NCBI RefSeq assembly: GCF_009914755.1
Contig: NC_060941.1
Length of the DNA: 64,000 bases
Strand: one strand, 5' to 3'
DNA from: the human T2T-CHM13v2.0 reference genome, Homo sapiens
Shown: positions 21,041 through 37,300 of the stretch, piece by piece
How positions within the stretch are numbered: the first letter of the stretch is position 1
Layout: each line of letters starts with the position of its first letter
Notes under the pieces: model-generated
What the model saw: only the letters and a program-made list of their open reading frames with translations
Database searches by the model: none
Told to the model about the DNA's origin: nothing
Program-made: the position numbers and the translations under genes

Positions 21041-22410
21041 CTCCCTCTCCCTCTCCCTCCTCCCTCTCCGTCTCCCTCTTTGCACGGTCTCCCTCTGATG
21101 CCCAGCCAAGGCTGGACTGTACTGCCGCCATCTCGACTCACTGCAACCTCCCTGCCTGATTCTCCTGCCTCAGCCTGCCGAGTGCCTGGGATTGCAGGCG
21201 CGCGCCGCCACGCCTGACTGGTTTTCGTATTTTTTGGTGGAGACGGGGTTTCCCCGTGTTGGCCGGGCTGGTCTCCAGCTCCTGACCGCGAGTGATCTGC
21301 CAGCCTCGGCCTCCCGAGGTGCCGGGACTGCAGACAGAGTGTCGCTCATTCAGTGCTCAATGTTGCCCAGGCTGGAGCGCAGTGGCGTGATCTCGGCTCG
21401 CTACAACCTCCACCTCCCAGCCGCCTGCCTTGGCTTCCCAAAGTGCCGAGATTGCAGCCTCTGCCCGGCCGCCACCCCATCTAGGAAGTGAGGAGCGTCT
21501 CTGCCTGGCCACCCATCGTCTGGGATGTGAGGAGACCCTCTGCCCGGCTGCCCAGTCTGGGAAGTGTGGAGCGCCTCTTCCCGGCCGTCATCCCGTCTAG
21601 GAAGTGAGGAGCGTCTCTGCCCGGCCGCCCATCATCTGGGATGTGGGGAGCGCCTCTGCCCCGCCGCCCCGTCTGAGATGTGAAGAGTGCCTCTGCCCGG
21701 CCGCGACCCCGTCTGGGAACTGAGGAGTGTCTCTGCCCCGCCGCCACCCCGTCTGGGAGGTGAGGAGCGTCTCTGACCGGCTGCCCCGTCTGAGAAGTGA
21801 GGAGCCCCTCCGCCCGGCAGCCACCCCGTCTGGGAAGTGAGGAGCCCCTCTGCCCAGCCGCCACCCCGTCTGGGAGGTATACCCAACAGCTCATTGAGAA
21901 CGGGCCACGATGACGATGGCAGTTTGGTCGAACAGAAAAGGGGGAAATGTGGGGAAAAGAAAGAGAGATCAGATTGTTGCTGTGTCTGTGTAGAAAGAAG
22001 TAGACATAGGAGACTCCATTTTGTTCTGTACTAAGAAAAATTCTTCTGCCTTGGGATGTTGTTAATCTATAACCTTACCCCCAACCCCGTGCTCTCTGAA
22101 ACATGTGCTGTGTCCACTAAGGGTTAAATGGATTAAGGGTGGTGCAAGATGTGCTTTGTTAAACAGATGCTTGAAGGCAGCATGCTTGTTAAGAGTCATC
22201 ACCACTCCCTAATCTCAAGTACCCAGGGACACAAACACTGCGGAAGGCAGCAGGGCCCACTGCCTAGGAAAACCAGAGACCTTTGTTCACATGTTTATCT
22301 GCTGACCTTCCCTCCACTATTGTCCTATGACCTTGCCAAATCCCCCTCTCCGAGAAACACCCAAGAATGATCAATAAATACTAAAAAAATTAAAAAAAAA
22401 AAAATTCGAA
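21041..22410 (+). mobile_element. SVA retrotransposon, older type (SVA_B-like), short VNTR
   Basis: Short CCCTCT head, antisense Alu-like domain, GC-rich VNTR (about 21460-21880), SINE-R (ctcattgagaacgggcc...atcaataaa), A-tail, 14-bp TSD aaaaaaattcagct (21027-21040 and 22411-22424). Older-type diagnostics: ctcctgaccgcgag, aatgttgccc, gttaatctataacc. Confidence 0.95.
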
Positions 22411-22716
22411 AAAAAAATTCAGCTAATCCATGCTTGCCATTTCAGTTCATAAAGTTCACCTCTTACCCACTTACAGAGGATATATCACATCACAATTATG
22501 ACCCAACACCAGAAGAGTTGAAAAAATGAGAAAAAAATTTCATATTCTTTTTTACCTGAATCCTTTAAAAAAATTTCATATTCTTATAGGTAATAACAGT
22601 CCTTATTCTGAAACCGCATGTTATAACTAAAAGGGCACAGTGCAGACTCAAGCAATCTTTATCACTTAATGTCATTTTTACAGTTATCAACGTCATCCTC
22701 AGAAGGAATCTTTGAG

Positions 22717-23595
<879 letters not shown>

Positions 23596-24621
23596 TCAAG
23601 TGGTACCGCTAAGTAAGTACATATGGTTTTGCTCTAAGAGGGAGTACTGTCAATCTTGCTAACTGAATTTCACATTATGCAAACAGTGGATTCCAGCTTG
23701 TTAAACCATTAATCACAAACTTTGTTTCAATAGGGAAGGAAGAGAATCAGTATAAAAGGGGAAACAGGCTGGGTGCAGTGGCTCATGCCTGTAATCCTAA
23801 TACTTCGTGAGGCTAAGGGGAGAGAATTGCTTGAGGCCAGAAGTACAAAACCAGCCTGGTCAACAAAGTGAGTCCCCATCTCTACAAAAGAAAACAACAT
23901 GCGTGTAGTCCCAGCTACTCAGGAGCTGAGGAAGAGGATCAATCGTTTAGGCCCAGGAGTTTGGGACTGCCATTATCATCCCACCGTATTCCAGCCTAGG
24001 CAACAGAGTGAGAGCCTGTCAGAGGGGGGAGGGGAGGGGAAGGGAGGGGGACTAGAATAAAATAGAGGAACCAAGAACATTTGCTTAAATTATTGGTAAC
24101 TTGGCTGTAAGCACTGCAAATACATGGAAATAATATGGTCCTAACAACACAATTGTTTTTGTAGGTTAATATATGTTTGATGAAATGACATAATATGTAA
24201 CTTAAAATCTAAACAAACCAAATGTTGTATATTTATTAAACTGCACTTTTAAAAATAGCTAATACACAGAAACTCAAAAGACACACACAAATTTAAAAGA
24301 CAAAGAAAGGCTGAGCAACAAAATAAGCAGTGAGGGTAACAATATAATTCAGACTAAAACAAATATCCATGAGTCTATACTACACTAACTATAAATAGAA
24401 CAGATGGGAAAGCTCTACCTTACAGCAGAATTACAATTAATGAAAGTAGAAGGTTGGGGGCGGTGGCTCACACCTATAATCCCAGCAGTCTGGGAGGCCA
24501 AGGTGGGTAAATTACGAGGTGAGGAGTTTGAGACAAGCCTGGCCAACATGGTGAAACCCCATCTCTACTAAAAATACAAAAATTAGCCCAGTGTGGTGGC
24601 GCACGCCTGTAATCCCAGCTA

Positions 24622-24826
<205 letters not shown>

Positions 24827-24852
24827 TCATGGATGTTAAAAATAATAAACGA

Positions 24853-26455
24853 CCTCTCCCTCTCCCTCCTCTCCCTCCTCTCCCTCTCCCTCTCCCCACG
24901 GTCTTCCTCTCCCTCTCTTTCCACCGTCTCCCTCTGATGCTGAGCCGAAGCTGGACTGTACTGCTGCCATCTCGGCTCACTGCAACCTCCCTGCCTGATT
25001 CTCCTGCCTCAGCCTGCCGAGTGCCTGGGATTGCAGGCGCGCGCCGCCACGCCTGACTGGTTTTCGTATTTTTCTGGTGGAGACGGGGTTTCGCTGTGTT
25101 GGCCGGGCTGGTCTCCAGCTCCTAACCACGAGTGATCCGCCAGCCTCGGCCTCCCAAGGTGCCGGGATTGCAGACGGAGTCTCGTTCACTCAGTGCTCAA
25201 TGGTGCCCAGGCTGGAGTGCAGTGGTGTGATCTCGGCTCGCTACAACCTCCACCTCCCAGCCGCCTGCCTTGGCTTCCCAAAGTGCCGAGATTGCAGCCT
25301 CTGCCCGGCCGCCACCCCATCTGGGAAGTGAGGAGCGTCTCTGCCTGGCAGCCCATCGTCTGGGATGTGAGGAGCCCCTCTGCCTGGCTGCCCAGTCTGG
25401 AAAGTGAGGAGCGTCTCTGCCCGGCCGCCCATCGTCTGAGATGTGGGGAGCGCCTCTGCCCCGCCGCCCCGTCTGGGATGTGAGGAGCGCCTCTGCCCGG
25501 CCGCGACCCCGTCTGGGAGGTGAGGAGCGTCTCTGCCCGGCCGCCCCGTCTGAGAAATGAGGAGACCCTCTGCCTGGCAACCGCCCCGTCTGAGAAGTGA
25601 GGAGCCCCTCCGCCCGGCAGTTGCCCCGTCTGAGAAGGGAGGAGCGTCTCCGACGGGCAGCCACCCCATCCGGGAGGGAGGTGGGGGTCAGCCCCCGCCA
25701 GGCCAGCTGCCCCGTCCAGGAGGGAGGTGGGGGGTCAGCCCCCGCCAGGCCAGCCGCCCCGTCCAGGAGGGAGGAGGGGGTCAGGCCCCGCCCGGCCAGC
25801 CACCCTATCCGGGAGGGAGGTGGGGGGGTCAGCCCCCCGCCCGGCCAGCTGCCCCGTCCGGGAGGTGAGGGGCGCCTCTGCCCGGCCGCCCCTACTGGGA
25901 AGTGAGGAGCCCCTCTGCCCGGCCACCACCCCGTCTGGGAGCTGTACCCAACAGCTCATTGAGAACGGGCCATGATGACAATGGCGCTTTTGTGGAATAG
26001 AAAGGGGGGAAAGGTGGGGAAAAGATTGAGAAATCGGATGGTTGCCGTGTCTGTGTAGAAGGAAGTAGACATGGGAGACTTTTCATTTTGTTCTGTACTA
26101 AGAAAAGTTCTTCTGCCTTGGGATCCTGTTGATCTGTGACCTTACCCCCAACCCTGTGCTCTCTGAAACATGTGCTGTGTCCACTCAGGGTTAAATGGAT
26201 TAAGGGTGGTGCAAGATGTTTTTGTTAAACAGATGCTTGAAGGCAGCATGCTCATTAAGAGTCATCACCACTCCCTAATCTCAAGTACCCAGGGACACAA
26301 ACACTGCGGAAGGCCGCAGGGTCCTCTGCCTAGGAAAACCAGAGACCTTTGTTCACTTGTTTATCTGCTGACCTTCCCTCCACTATTGTCCTATGACCCT
26401 GCCAAATCCCCCTCTGCGAGAAACACCAGAATGATCAATAAAAAATAATAATAAT
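24853..26455 (+). mobile_element. SVA retrotransposon, younger type (SVA_D/C-like)
   Basis: CCCTCT head, Alu-like domain, longer VNTR with gggagggaggtggggg units, SINE-R, AATAAA and (AAT)n tail, 12-bp TSD aataataaacga (24841-24852 and 26456-26467). Diagnostics: ctcctaacc, cgttcactcag, aatggtgccc, gatcctgttgatctgtgacc. Confidence 0.95.
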
Positions 26456-26969
26456 AATAATAAACGAAAAAAGTCACAATGTATAATGTAGTCTCAATGT
26501 AGTTCTAGCCAAAATAAATTTATTAACTACAAAGAACATAATTCTGCAGTGGATAAGCTAAAAGACACTACCTTAACTAAGTGACCAAAATTAATATCAC
26601 CAGTAACAAGCATTAATTGACATCATGTACCTCTTGTTGATACATGGACAAGGATACACCACCATTTCTACAGTATACTTGTCAAACTGCATAACTTGAA
26701 TTTAATTATGAGAAAACAAGAGTAAACATCAGACAAAGCCAAATCGAGGATATTCTATTTTAAAACTGACCAATATTCTTTAAAATTATCAACCCTGGGT
26801 AAAACAGCTCATGCCTGTAATTCCAGTACTTTGGGAGGCTGAGGTGGACAGATCATTCAAGGTCAGGAGTTTGAGCCCAGCCTGGCCAACATCGTGAATC
26901 CCTGTCTCTACCAAAAAATACAAAAACTAGCCAAGTGTGGTGGTGCACACCTGTAGCCCCAGCCACTCA

Positions 26970-27071
<102 letters not shown>

Positions 27072-27969
27072 TCAAAAAAAAAAAAAAAAAAAAAGACCAG
27101 CCTAGGCAACACAGTGAGACCCCATCTGCCCCATCTGTATAAAAAAAATAAGAAAATTAGCCAGGCCATAGTTTAAGAGTAGCCTGGGTAACATAGCAAT
27201 ACCCCATCTCTATGAAAATTTAAAAATTAGGCAGGTGTGGTGGCATGTACCTGAGTCCCAGCTACTTAAGAGGCTGAGATGGAAGGATCACTTCAGGCTG
27301 AGAGGTCAAAGCTGCAGTGAGCTGTGTTTGCACCACTGCAGTCCAGCTTGAGTGACAGCAGGAGACTTTTCTGTATTCAGCAGGAAATCCTGCTGTATTT
27401 CCTGCTTCCCTGTTGAAGCTGTGGATAAAATCCTGTTCTTAGAAGAGCAAGGAGGCATAACAATTCAATGTAACGTGCAATCCTGGACTGAATCCTGGGC
27501 CAAAAAAAGAATACTACCGTACAGTTGAAGAATTTGAATAAGGTTTGTAGATTAGTTCACAGAACTTTTTTTTTTTTTGAGTCTTGCTCTGTCACCAGGC
27601 TGGAGTGCAGTGGCACGTGATCTCAGCTCACTGCAACCTCCACCTGCAGGGTTCGATTCCCCTGTCTCAGCCTCCCGAGTAGCTGGGACTACAGGCGCGC
27701 ACCACCACACCTGGCTAATTTTTTTTTTGTATTTTAGTAGAGACAGGGTTTCATCATGTTGGCCAGGATGGTCTTGATCTCCTGACCTCGTGATCCGCCC
27801 GTCTCAGCCTCCCAAAGTGCTGGGATTACAGGCATGAGCCACCGTAACTGGATTTTTTTTTTTTGAAATGCAGTCTCGCTTTGTCGCCCAGGCTGAAGCG
27901 CAATGGCGCTCACTGCAACCTCTGCCTCCCAAGGTTCAAGTGATTCTCCTGCTTCAGCTTCCCAAGTAG

Positions 27970-28456
<487 letters not shown>

Positions 28457-30190
28457 TAATTTCCTGATTTTGATAACTGATATTATTGAGATGTAAGATG
28501 TTAATATTAATTGAGAAAGCTGGAGTATAAATTCTCTATCCTATTTTTAGAACTTTTTGTTTAAGTATGACACTATTTCAAAATGAAAACTTAAAAATAA
28601 GAACATCTAAAAAAAAAAGATACATAAAAGCCTAATAAAAAGTCAGTTTTTCTCATCTTCCTACTACCCAGTTATCCTTCCCAGAGGCATCTACTGTTCC
28701 AGTCATAAAAACCACATATTTGAAAGTAATTTTGAACCATTACTTAAAACTTTTAAAGATATATTAAACTCAATGAATTTTTTAAAATTACAAATGCCCC
28801 AAAGTGAATTTATTAAAATTTGTGCTGACCAATTGTTTTCTATCTAGTATAATGTCAAAGATGCCTCTATGCTATTTGGCTTTAATTGTTTAAACAAAGT
28901 TTTGCTTTTTTTTTTTTTTTGTAACATGGCAAGGTTTCATCATGGGGTTTAAACAAAATTTCAAAATTTCAAGCAACTACTTTACATACATAAACCAATG
29001 TTTTGTATAGTTAAATACATTCATAAGTATTAAGTGTTTTGTGGTGTCAAATCTGTTTCCTTCCTTTCCAGGATACTAATTTCATTTGGCCTCCAATTTA
29101 GGAAGGACTTGTTTCCAACATTAAGTTCAGAATTGGTTGTTTGGAATTCAAGTTCATTTTCCCATAGAAATCATGTAATAAATGATAGTTAGATTCCCTG
29201 ATTAGCTTAGAAAGGAACCAATTTAACCTATAATGTATATAAGAGTTATTCCAATATAACACATATAAATCCAAATCAAGCTCTCAATGATAAAAATGTT
29301 GCTATAGATAAAATACCTCCAGTGTCCCAACTTGAGAAAACAGTCACATATCTTCTTTCAGATGAGAGGCAGAGGTCATGCTGGAAAATCATTACATAAC
29401 TCTACACTGTAGTCAATGTTGAAGACTGAAGAGTACAGGCCGAATTAAGGAGAGAGGGTTCATATGTGACTGTGTATATATATGGTACCTACAGGACTGT
29501 TTACATATGTTCATATACTCCTTCTCCCATATACTTCCTCACTCCATCACTATTAGGCTTGGACATGTGACTCGCTTCAGGCAATGGAATCTAAGTAGAA
29601 ATGTAAGCTGTATCAAAGATCACTTAGGTGAACTGGCTTGGTATCTTGTGCACCTGCCCTCAGCCTTGGAGAAAAAAACCACTGAGATTTACGACTTGTT
29701 TGTGATAGCCAAGTCTGGTTGATTTAGAAGTTTCTCCTCATCGAACTTCACTTGTAATGTCATCTGTATGGTAACTACACACCTTATAGCTCATCAACAT
29801 GTAGTAGAGTGAGGTCAGAAATGATGACAAAAGCAAGAAAGAGCACAAGTAGGCAATGCTGCAGTCTAAAGAATTTCAGGAAATGTTATCTCTTGGATGG
29901 ATTTACTGAACAGCCTTCCTATTGCTCCCCACTCCTATCCCGCAATTTGGTCTTTGCATGGTAGTCAGACTAATTATTTAAAAACAGAAACCAGTTTATA
30001 TATTTATGTTATACCCCTGTCTGATCATGAGGGGTTTTGTAGGCCATGGTATGGAATTTTGAGTTTCATGGTGAAAACAAAGAACTCTAGAAGTAATAAA
30101 AAATAAAAATGTAGACCATAACACAGTAGGGCCAGTTACCAGAGTCAAGTAATTTTCCTAAATCTTAGTAAACCTCAAGTGAGCTACTGT

Positions 30191-30810
<620 letters not shown>

Positions 30811-31087
30811 CTACGTTACTGTATATACAAGAATAAAGAAAAGGGAAAATATGTACATAAAATCATATCATAAGTACAAGTTGGAATGGAAAAAATTGGT
30901 ACTAAATTTTGAAATATCTTGATTGACATCTAAAAAATGCAGAGTAAGATTGTTCAAAGCAATCAAATTTAAAAATTCAGATACAGATACTATACATATA
31001 TGAAAATTAGCAAAAAGTTAAAAAATTTTAAACAGGCAAATATGACATACACATAAAAAAACCCATAAAATTAGCATTCAGACTTAC

Positions 31088-31149
31088 CGTAACAGGAGTT
31101 CTTTGGGAAGTTTTTTATTGATTACAGCTTCATCACTATTTGAGAACAT
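31088..31149 (-). CDS. FBXL20: FBXL20 internal coding exon (exon 2 of the canonical transcript), N-terminal part of the F-box motif
   Basis: Minus strand reads ...cttgacactatgattttgtttttgcag|ATG TTC TCA AAT AGT GAT GAA GCT GTA ATC AAT AAA AAA CTT CCC AAA GAA CTC CTG TTA CG|gtaagtc. This gives a canonical acceptor with branch-like TTGAC and a consensus GTAAGT donor. The peptide MFSNSDEAVINKKLPKELLLR matches my recollection of FBXL20 (paralog FBXL2 reads VFSNNDEGLINKKLPKELLLR). LPKELLLR is the F-box LPxE motif. 62 nt, phase 0 in and phase 2 out. Confidence 0.96.
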
Positions 31150-31492
31150 CTGCAAAAACAAAATCATAGTGTCAAGTGTTACTTAACATTTTATTACAGA
31201 ATGTTCAACTCAATAGTTTAGAGGCAATTCTCTCAGGAAAGAGGTAAAAAAATATAGTCGGCATCATAAACCAAAGTCATAATTTTGGAAACTCTTTAAG
31301 ATGAAAAAGATCTTCGAGGCATTTAATTCATTCCCTGTCTCCAAAGAAAAACAAGAGCAGTCAGAAGGATACATTACGTGCCAGATACTGTTTCAGATGT
31401 TTTCACATATTAATGGTTTTAATCTTCATACCATCCCTATTATCTTCACTTTATAGATAGGAAGCTTGGTTACCAAAGGTCTACTGCTCAGA

Positions 31493-32275
<783 letters not shown>

Positions 32276-32362
32276 GTTTACTGCTCAGCTCACATCACTA
32301 TGGAGTGACTATTTTAATATGCCATTAAGAGAAGATGACTCCCCAAACTTGGCTCACATTTA

Positions 32363-32584
<222 letters not shown>

Positions 32585-33471
32585 CTACTCAGAAGACTGA
32601 GGCATGAGAATCACTTGAACCCCAGGCTGCAGAGCTTGCAGTGAGCCAAGATGGCGCCCCTACACCCCAGCCTGGGTGACACAGCAATACTCTATCTCAA
32701 TAAAAATAAAAATTAAAAAAGGAAAATATTCTCTTTCATGTTTATATATTGTGCAGAAAACCAACAGTGCTTCATAACTGCCACCATAGTGGCATCAAGT
32801 GCATCACTTGATGCACTCAAGTGATCATTTAACAAATTAATCAAATTACTCACAACGGATACTTTTAACGAGAGCCACCATTTTTGCCACAAAGGAGATC
32901 ATGACTGTAAGCTTATCTAGCAAGCTATGTAAAAAACCAAATACCATACACAATCAAAAGCCCAGTAAAAATGGCACATACACATGTGACCGAAGCTGAG
33001 AGAAATACGTTCCGTCGCTGCTATTAAGTATTGCAGAAATTCCTCTTAAGGTCATGCAATAAACATTACTGAATACCCAATCAGGCACTTTTCTAGACAA
33101 TGGGATAAAAAAAGACACGATCTCTATCCTTAAGGAGCTCTTGCACTACAATGAAGAAAACAGAAGAAAGCAAATAATGTACTAATTACTAGAGACAGAT
33201 GACAAGAGATGTAAGAGAGAACAAAGAATGGCACAACTAATTCTACCCGGAGTTGTATCTAAATTGAGCTTAAAAGAAGGCCAAAAATTAGCTGGGAAAA
33301 AAAGATAACAATATGTACAAAATAATGGAGTCATACATGAAGATCCTGGTATCTCATGGAGATTCAAAGTAGAGGTAATGAAGAGAAAGCAGAAATGGTA
33401 GGGAAGTCACAGATAAAATGCACTGCCCCTCAATTTCATTTAAAGAATAATTTTAATAATTTTTTTTTTGA

Positions 33472-33573
<102 letters not shown>

Positions 33574-33938
33574 TGAGTAGCTGGGATTATGGGCGCCTGC
33601 CACCACACTTGCCTGATTTTTATATTTTTAGTAGAGACAGGGTTTCACCATGTTGGCCAGGCTGGTCTCAAACTCCTGAGCTCAACGGATCCTCCCAACT
33701 CAGTGTCCCAAAGTGCTAAGATTACAGGTGTGAGCTACCACACCTGGCCTAAATATTTTCTGATTACAATAACCTACGTTCCAGATAAATGGAAAGCCCT
33801 GTGAGGGCAGGGAGCATGCCTGTTATGTTTGGCATAATTTTAGGGTTGTGCACAGAGCCTGCTACATGGCAGGAAATCAATAAATCTACCTCTGGGCAAC
33901 ATGGTGAAATCCTGTCTCTACAAAAAACACAAAAATTA

Positions 33939-34130
<192 letters not shown>

Positions 34131-34604
34131 CTATTTGGTGGGGGGGTGCTGGGGTGGGAGGATCACTTGTGCCCAGGAAGTCAAGGATGCAGTGGAGCAT
34201 GTTCACACCACTGCACTCCAGACTGGGCGACAGAGTGAGATCCTGTCTCAAAAAAAAAAGATAATCATCATAATGAATGGTTTATTAAATGGATGGTGGG
34301 GCTACACCATGAAGGAAACCTGTATACAGTTTAGAAATGCGAAACACCACCACAGGGAAGAGAATCCTAAAGACACCGAACTCTGGACTAGTAGGAAGGA
34401 AATAAAGTTAGGAATCCATTAAAATTATGGTCCAAGTAAAAGATGACGCAGTTGTCTGTAAGATTAACAGGGACAGTGAAATGAAAAGAAACTGGAACAA
34501 AGATTGTTAAAAAAGCAACAATACTTAGTAACAAAAAGTTGAATCATTTAGCAGGTTTCAGTGCAACAAACAGACTACTAGAAATGCTAATGACTGACAA
34601 TTAC

Positions 34605-35889
34605 TTTTTTTTTTATTATACTTTAAGTTCTAGGGTACATGTGCACAACATGCAGGTTTATTACATATGTATACATGTGCCATGTTGGTGTGCTGCACCC
34701 GTTAACTCGTCATTTACATTAGGTATATCTCCTAATGCTATCTCTCCCCCCTCCCCCCACCCCACAACAGGTCCCGGTGTGTGATGTTCCCCACCCTGTG
34801 TCCAAGTGTTCTCATTGTTCAATTCCCATCTATGAGTGAGAACATGTGGTGTTTGGTTTTCTGTCCTTGCAAGTTTGCTCGGAATGATGGTTTCCAGCTT
34901 CATCCATGTCCCTACAAAGGACATGAACTCATCCTTTTTTATGGCTGCATAGTATTCCATGGTGTGTATGTGCCACATTTTCTTAATCCAGTCTGTCATT
35001 GATGGACGTTTGGGTTGGTTCCAAGTCCTTGCTATTGTGAATAGTGCTGCAATAAACATACATGTGCATGTGTCTTTATAGCAGCATGATTTATAATCCT
35101 TTGGGTATATACCCAGTAATGGGATCGCTGGGTCAAATGGTTATTTCTAGTTGTAGATCCTTGAGGAATCGCCACACTGTCTTCCACAATGGTTGAACTA
35201 GTTTACAGTCCCACCAACAGTGTAAAAGTGTTTCTATTTCTCCACACTCTCCAGCACCTGTTGTTTCCCGACTTTTTAATGATCGCCATTCTAACTGGTG
35301 TGAGATGGTATCTCATTATGGTTTTGATTTGCATTTCTCTGATGGCCAGTGATGATGAGCATTTTTTCATGTGTCTGTTGGCTGCATAAATGTCTTCTTT
35401 TGAGAAGTGTCTGTTCATATCCTTTGCCCACTTTTTGATGGGGTTGTTTGATTTTTTCTTGTAAATTTGTTTAAGTTCTTTGTAGATTCTGGATATTAGT
35501 CCTTTGTCAGATGGGAAGATTGTAAAAATTTTCTCCCATTCTGTAGGTTGCCTGTTTACTCTGATGGCAGTTTCTTTTGCTGTGCAGAAGCTCTTTAGTT
35601 TAATTAGATGCCATTGGTCAATTTTGGCTTTTGTTGCCATTGCTTTTGGTGTTTTAGTCATGGAGTCCTTGCCCACCCCTATGTTCTGAATGGTATTGCT
35701 TAGGTTTTCTTCTAGAGTTTTTTATGGTTTTAGGTCTAACATTTAAGTCTTTAATCCATCTTGAATTAATTTTTGTATAAGGTGTAAGGAAGGGATCCAG
35801 TTTCAGCTTTCTACATATGGCAAGCCAGTTTTCCAAGCCCCATCTATTAAATAGGGAATCCTTTCTCCATTTCTTGATTTTGTCAGGTT
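34605..35889 (-). mobile_element. 5'-truncated primate L1 (L1PA4/5-like): ORF2 C-terminus plus 3' UTR
   Basis: Track ORFs 35203..35676 and 34661..35059 are L1 ORF2p C-terminal peptides ([38 protein letters not shown]), broken by frameshifts. TSD tgacaattac(t/a)ttttt at 34595 and 35890. Confidence 0.95.
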
Positions 35890-36856
35890 TGACAATTACA
35901 TTTTTTAGAAGAAAAAAAAAATCCAATCCCTCCTCAGAAGGCAGTCTTTCAAAACTAAACCATTACATTTCTCTCTAAACAAGGTTGGGTTCGTCTTTTT
36001 TTTTTTTTGGTAGAGAGAGAGTCTCGCAGGGCACATGTTCTCAGGATCTCCTGAGGGCTGTGTCACACACATACAAAAGATGATGTCTCGGCTGAGCGCG
36101 GTGGCTCACGCCTGTAATCCCAGCACTTTGGGAGTCCAAGGTGGGTGGATCACGAGGTCAAGAGATGGAGACCATCCTGGCCAACATGGTGAAACCCAGT
36201 CTCTACTAAAAATACAAAAATTAGCTGGGCATGGTGACGCACACCTGTAGTTCCAGCTACTTGGGAGGCTGAGGCAGGAGAATCCCTTGAACCTGGGAGC
36301 GGAGGTTGCAGTGAGCCGAGATCATGCTACTGCAGTCCAGCCTGGCGACAGAACGAGACTCCGTCTCAAAAAAAAGAAAAAAAAAAGATGGAGTCTCAGT
36401 ATGTTGACCAGGCTGGTCTGAAACTCCTGGCCTCAAGCAATCTTCCTGCCTCAGCCTTCCAAAGTGTTGGGATTACATTTGTGAGCCACTGTGCCCAGTC
36501 AGGTTCTTCTAATGTTCTTAAATAACATGGTTTCAAAGATACTATGTCACTATGGTCATCATTCTCCAGATGCACTCATAGGCAGTAATTCACAAAGTTG
36601 TAATGTGTTTACATGTTCTTACTTTTGAGACAAGGTCTCACTCTGTTGCCCAGGTTGGAGTACAGTGGTCCTATCATAGACCACTGCAGCCTTGACCTCC
36701 GGACTCAATGCTCCCCCTTCGGCCTCCTGAGTAGCTAGGACTACAGAAACGTGTTACCACACCTGACTAATTTTTGTATCTATTGTAGAGATGGGGTCTC
36801 ACTATGTTGCCCAATCTAGTCTTGAATGCCTGAGCTCAACAGATCCTCCTGCCTCA

Positions 36857-37231
<375 letters not shown>

Positions 37232-37300
37232 TCAAAAAAAAAAAAAAAAAAAAAAAAAAAGGCTGGGATTACAGGTATTAAGTCACCATGCCTGGTCAGA

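Noticed and set aside
31088-31149. Assignment to FBXL2 or to a processed pseudogene
   Set aside because: Residues MFSNSDEAV match FBXL20 rather than FBXL2, and intact splice sites with long introns exclude a retrocopy.
34661-35926. L1 ORF2-like ORFs as an active gene
   Set aside because: 5'-truncated to about 1.3 kb and frameshifted, lacking endonuclease and RT domains.
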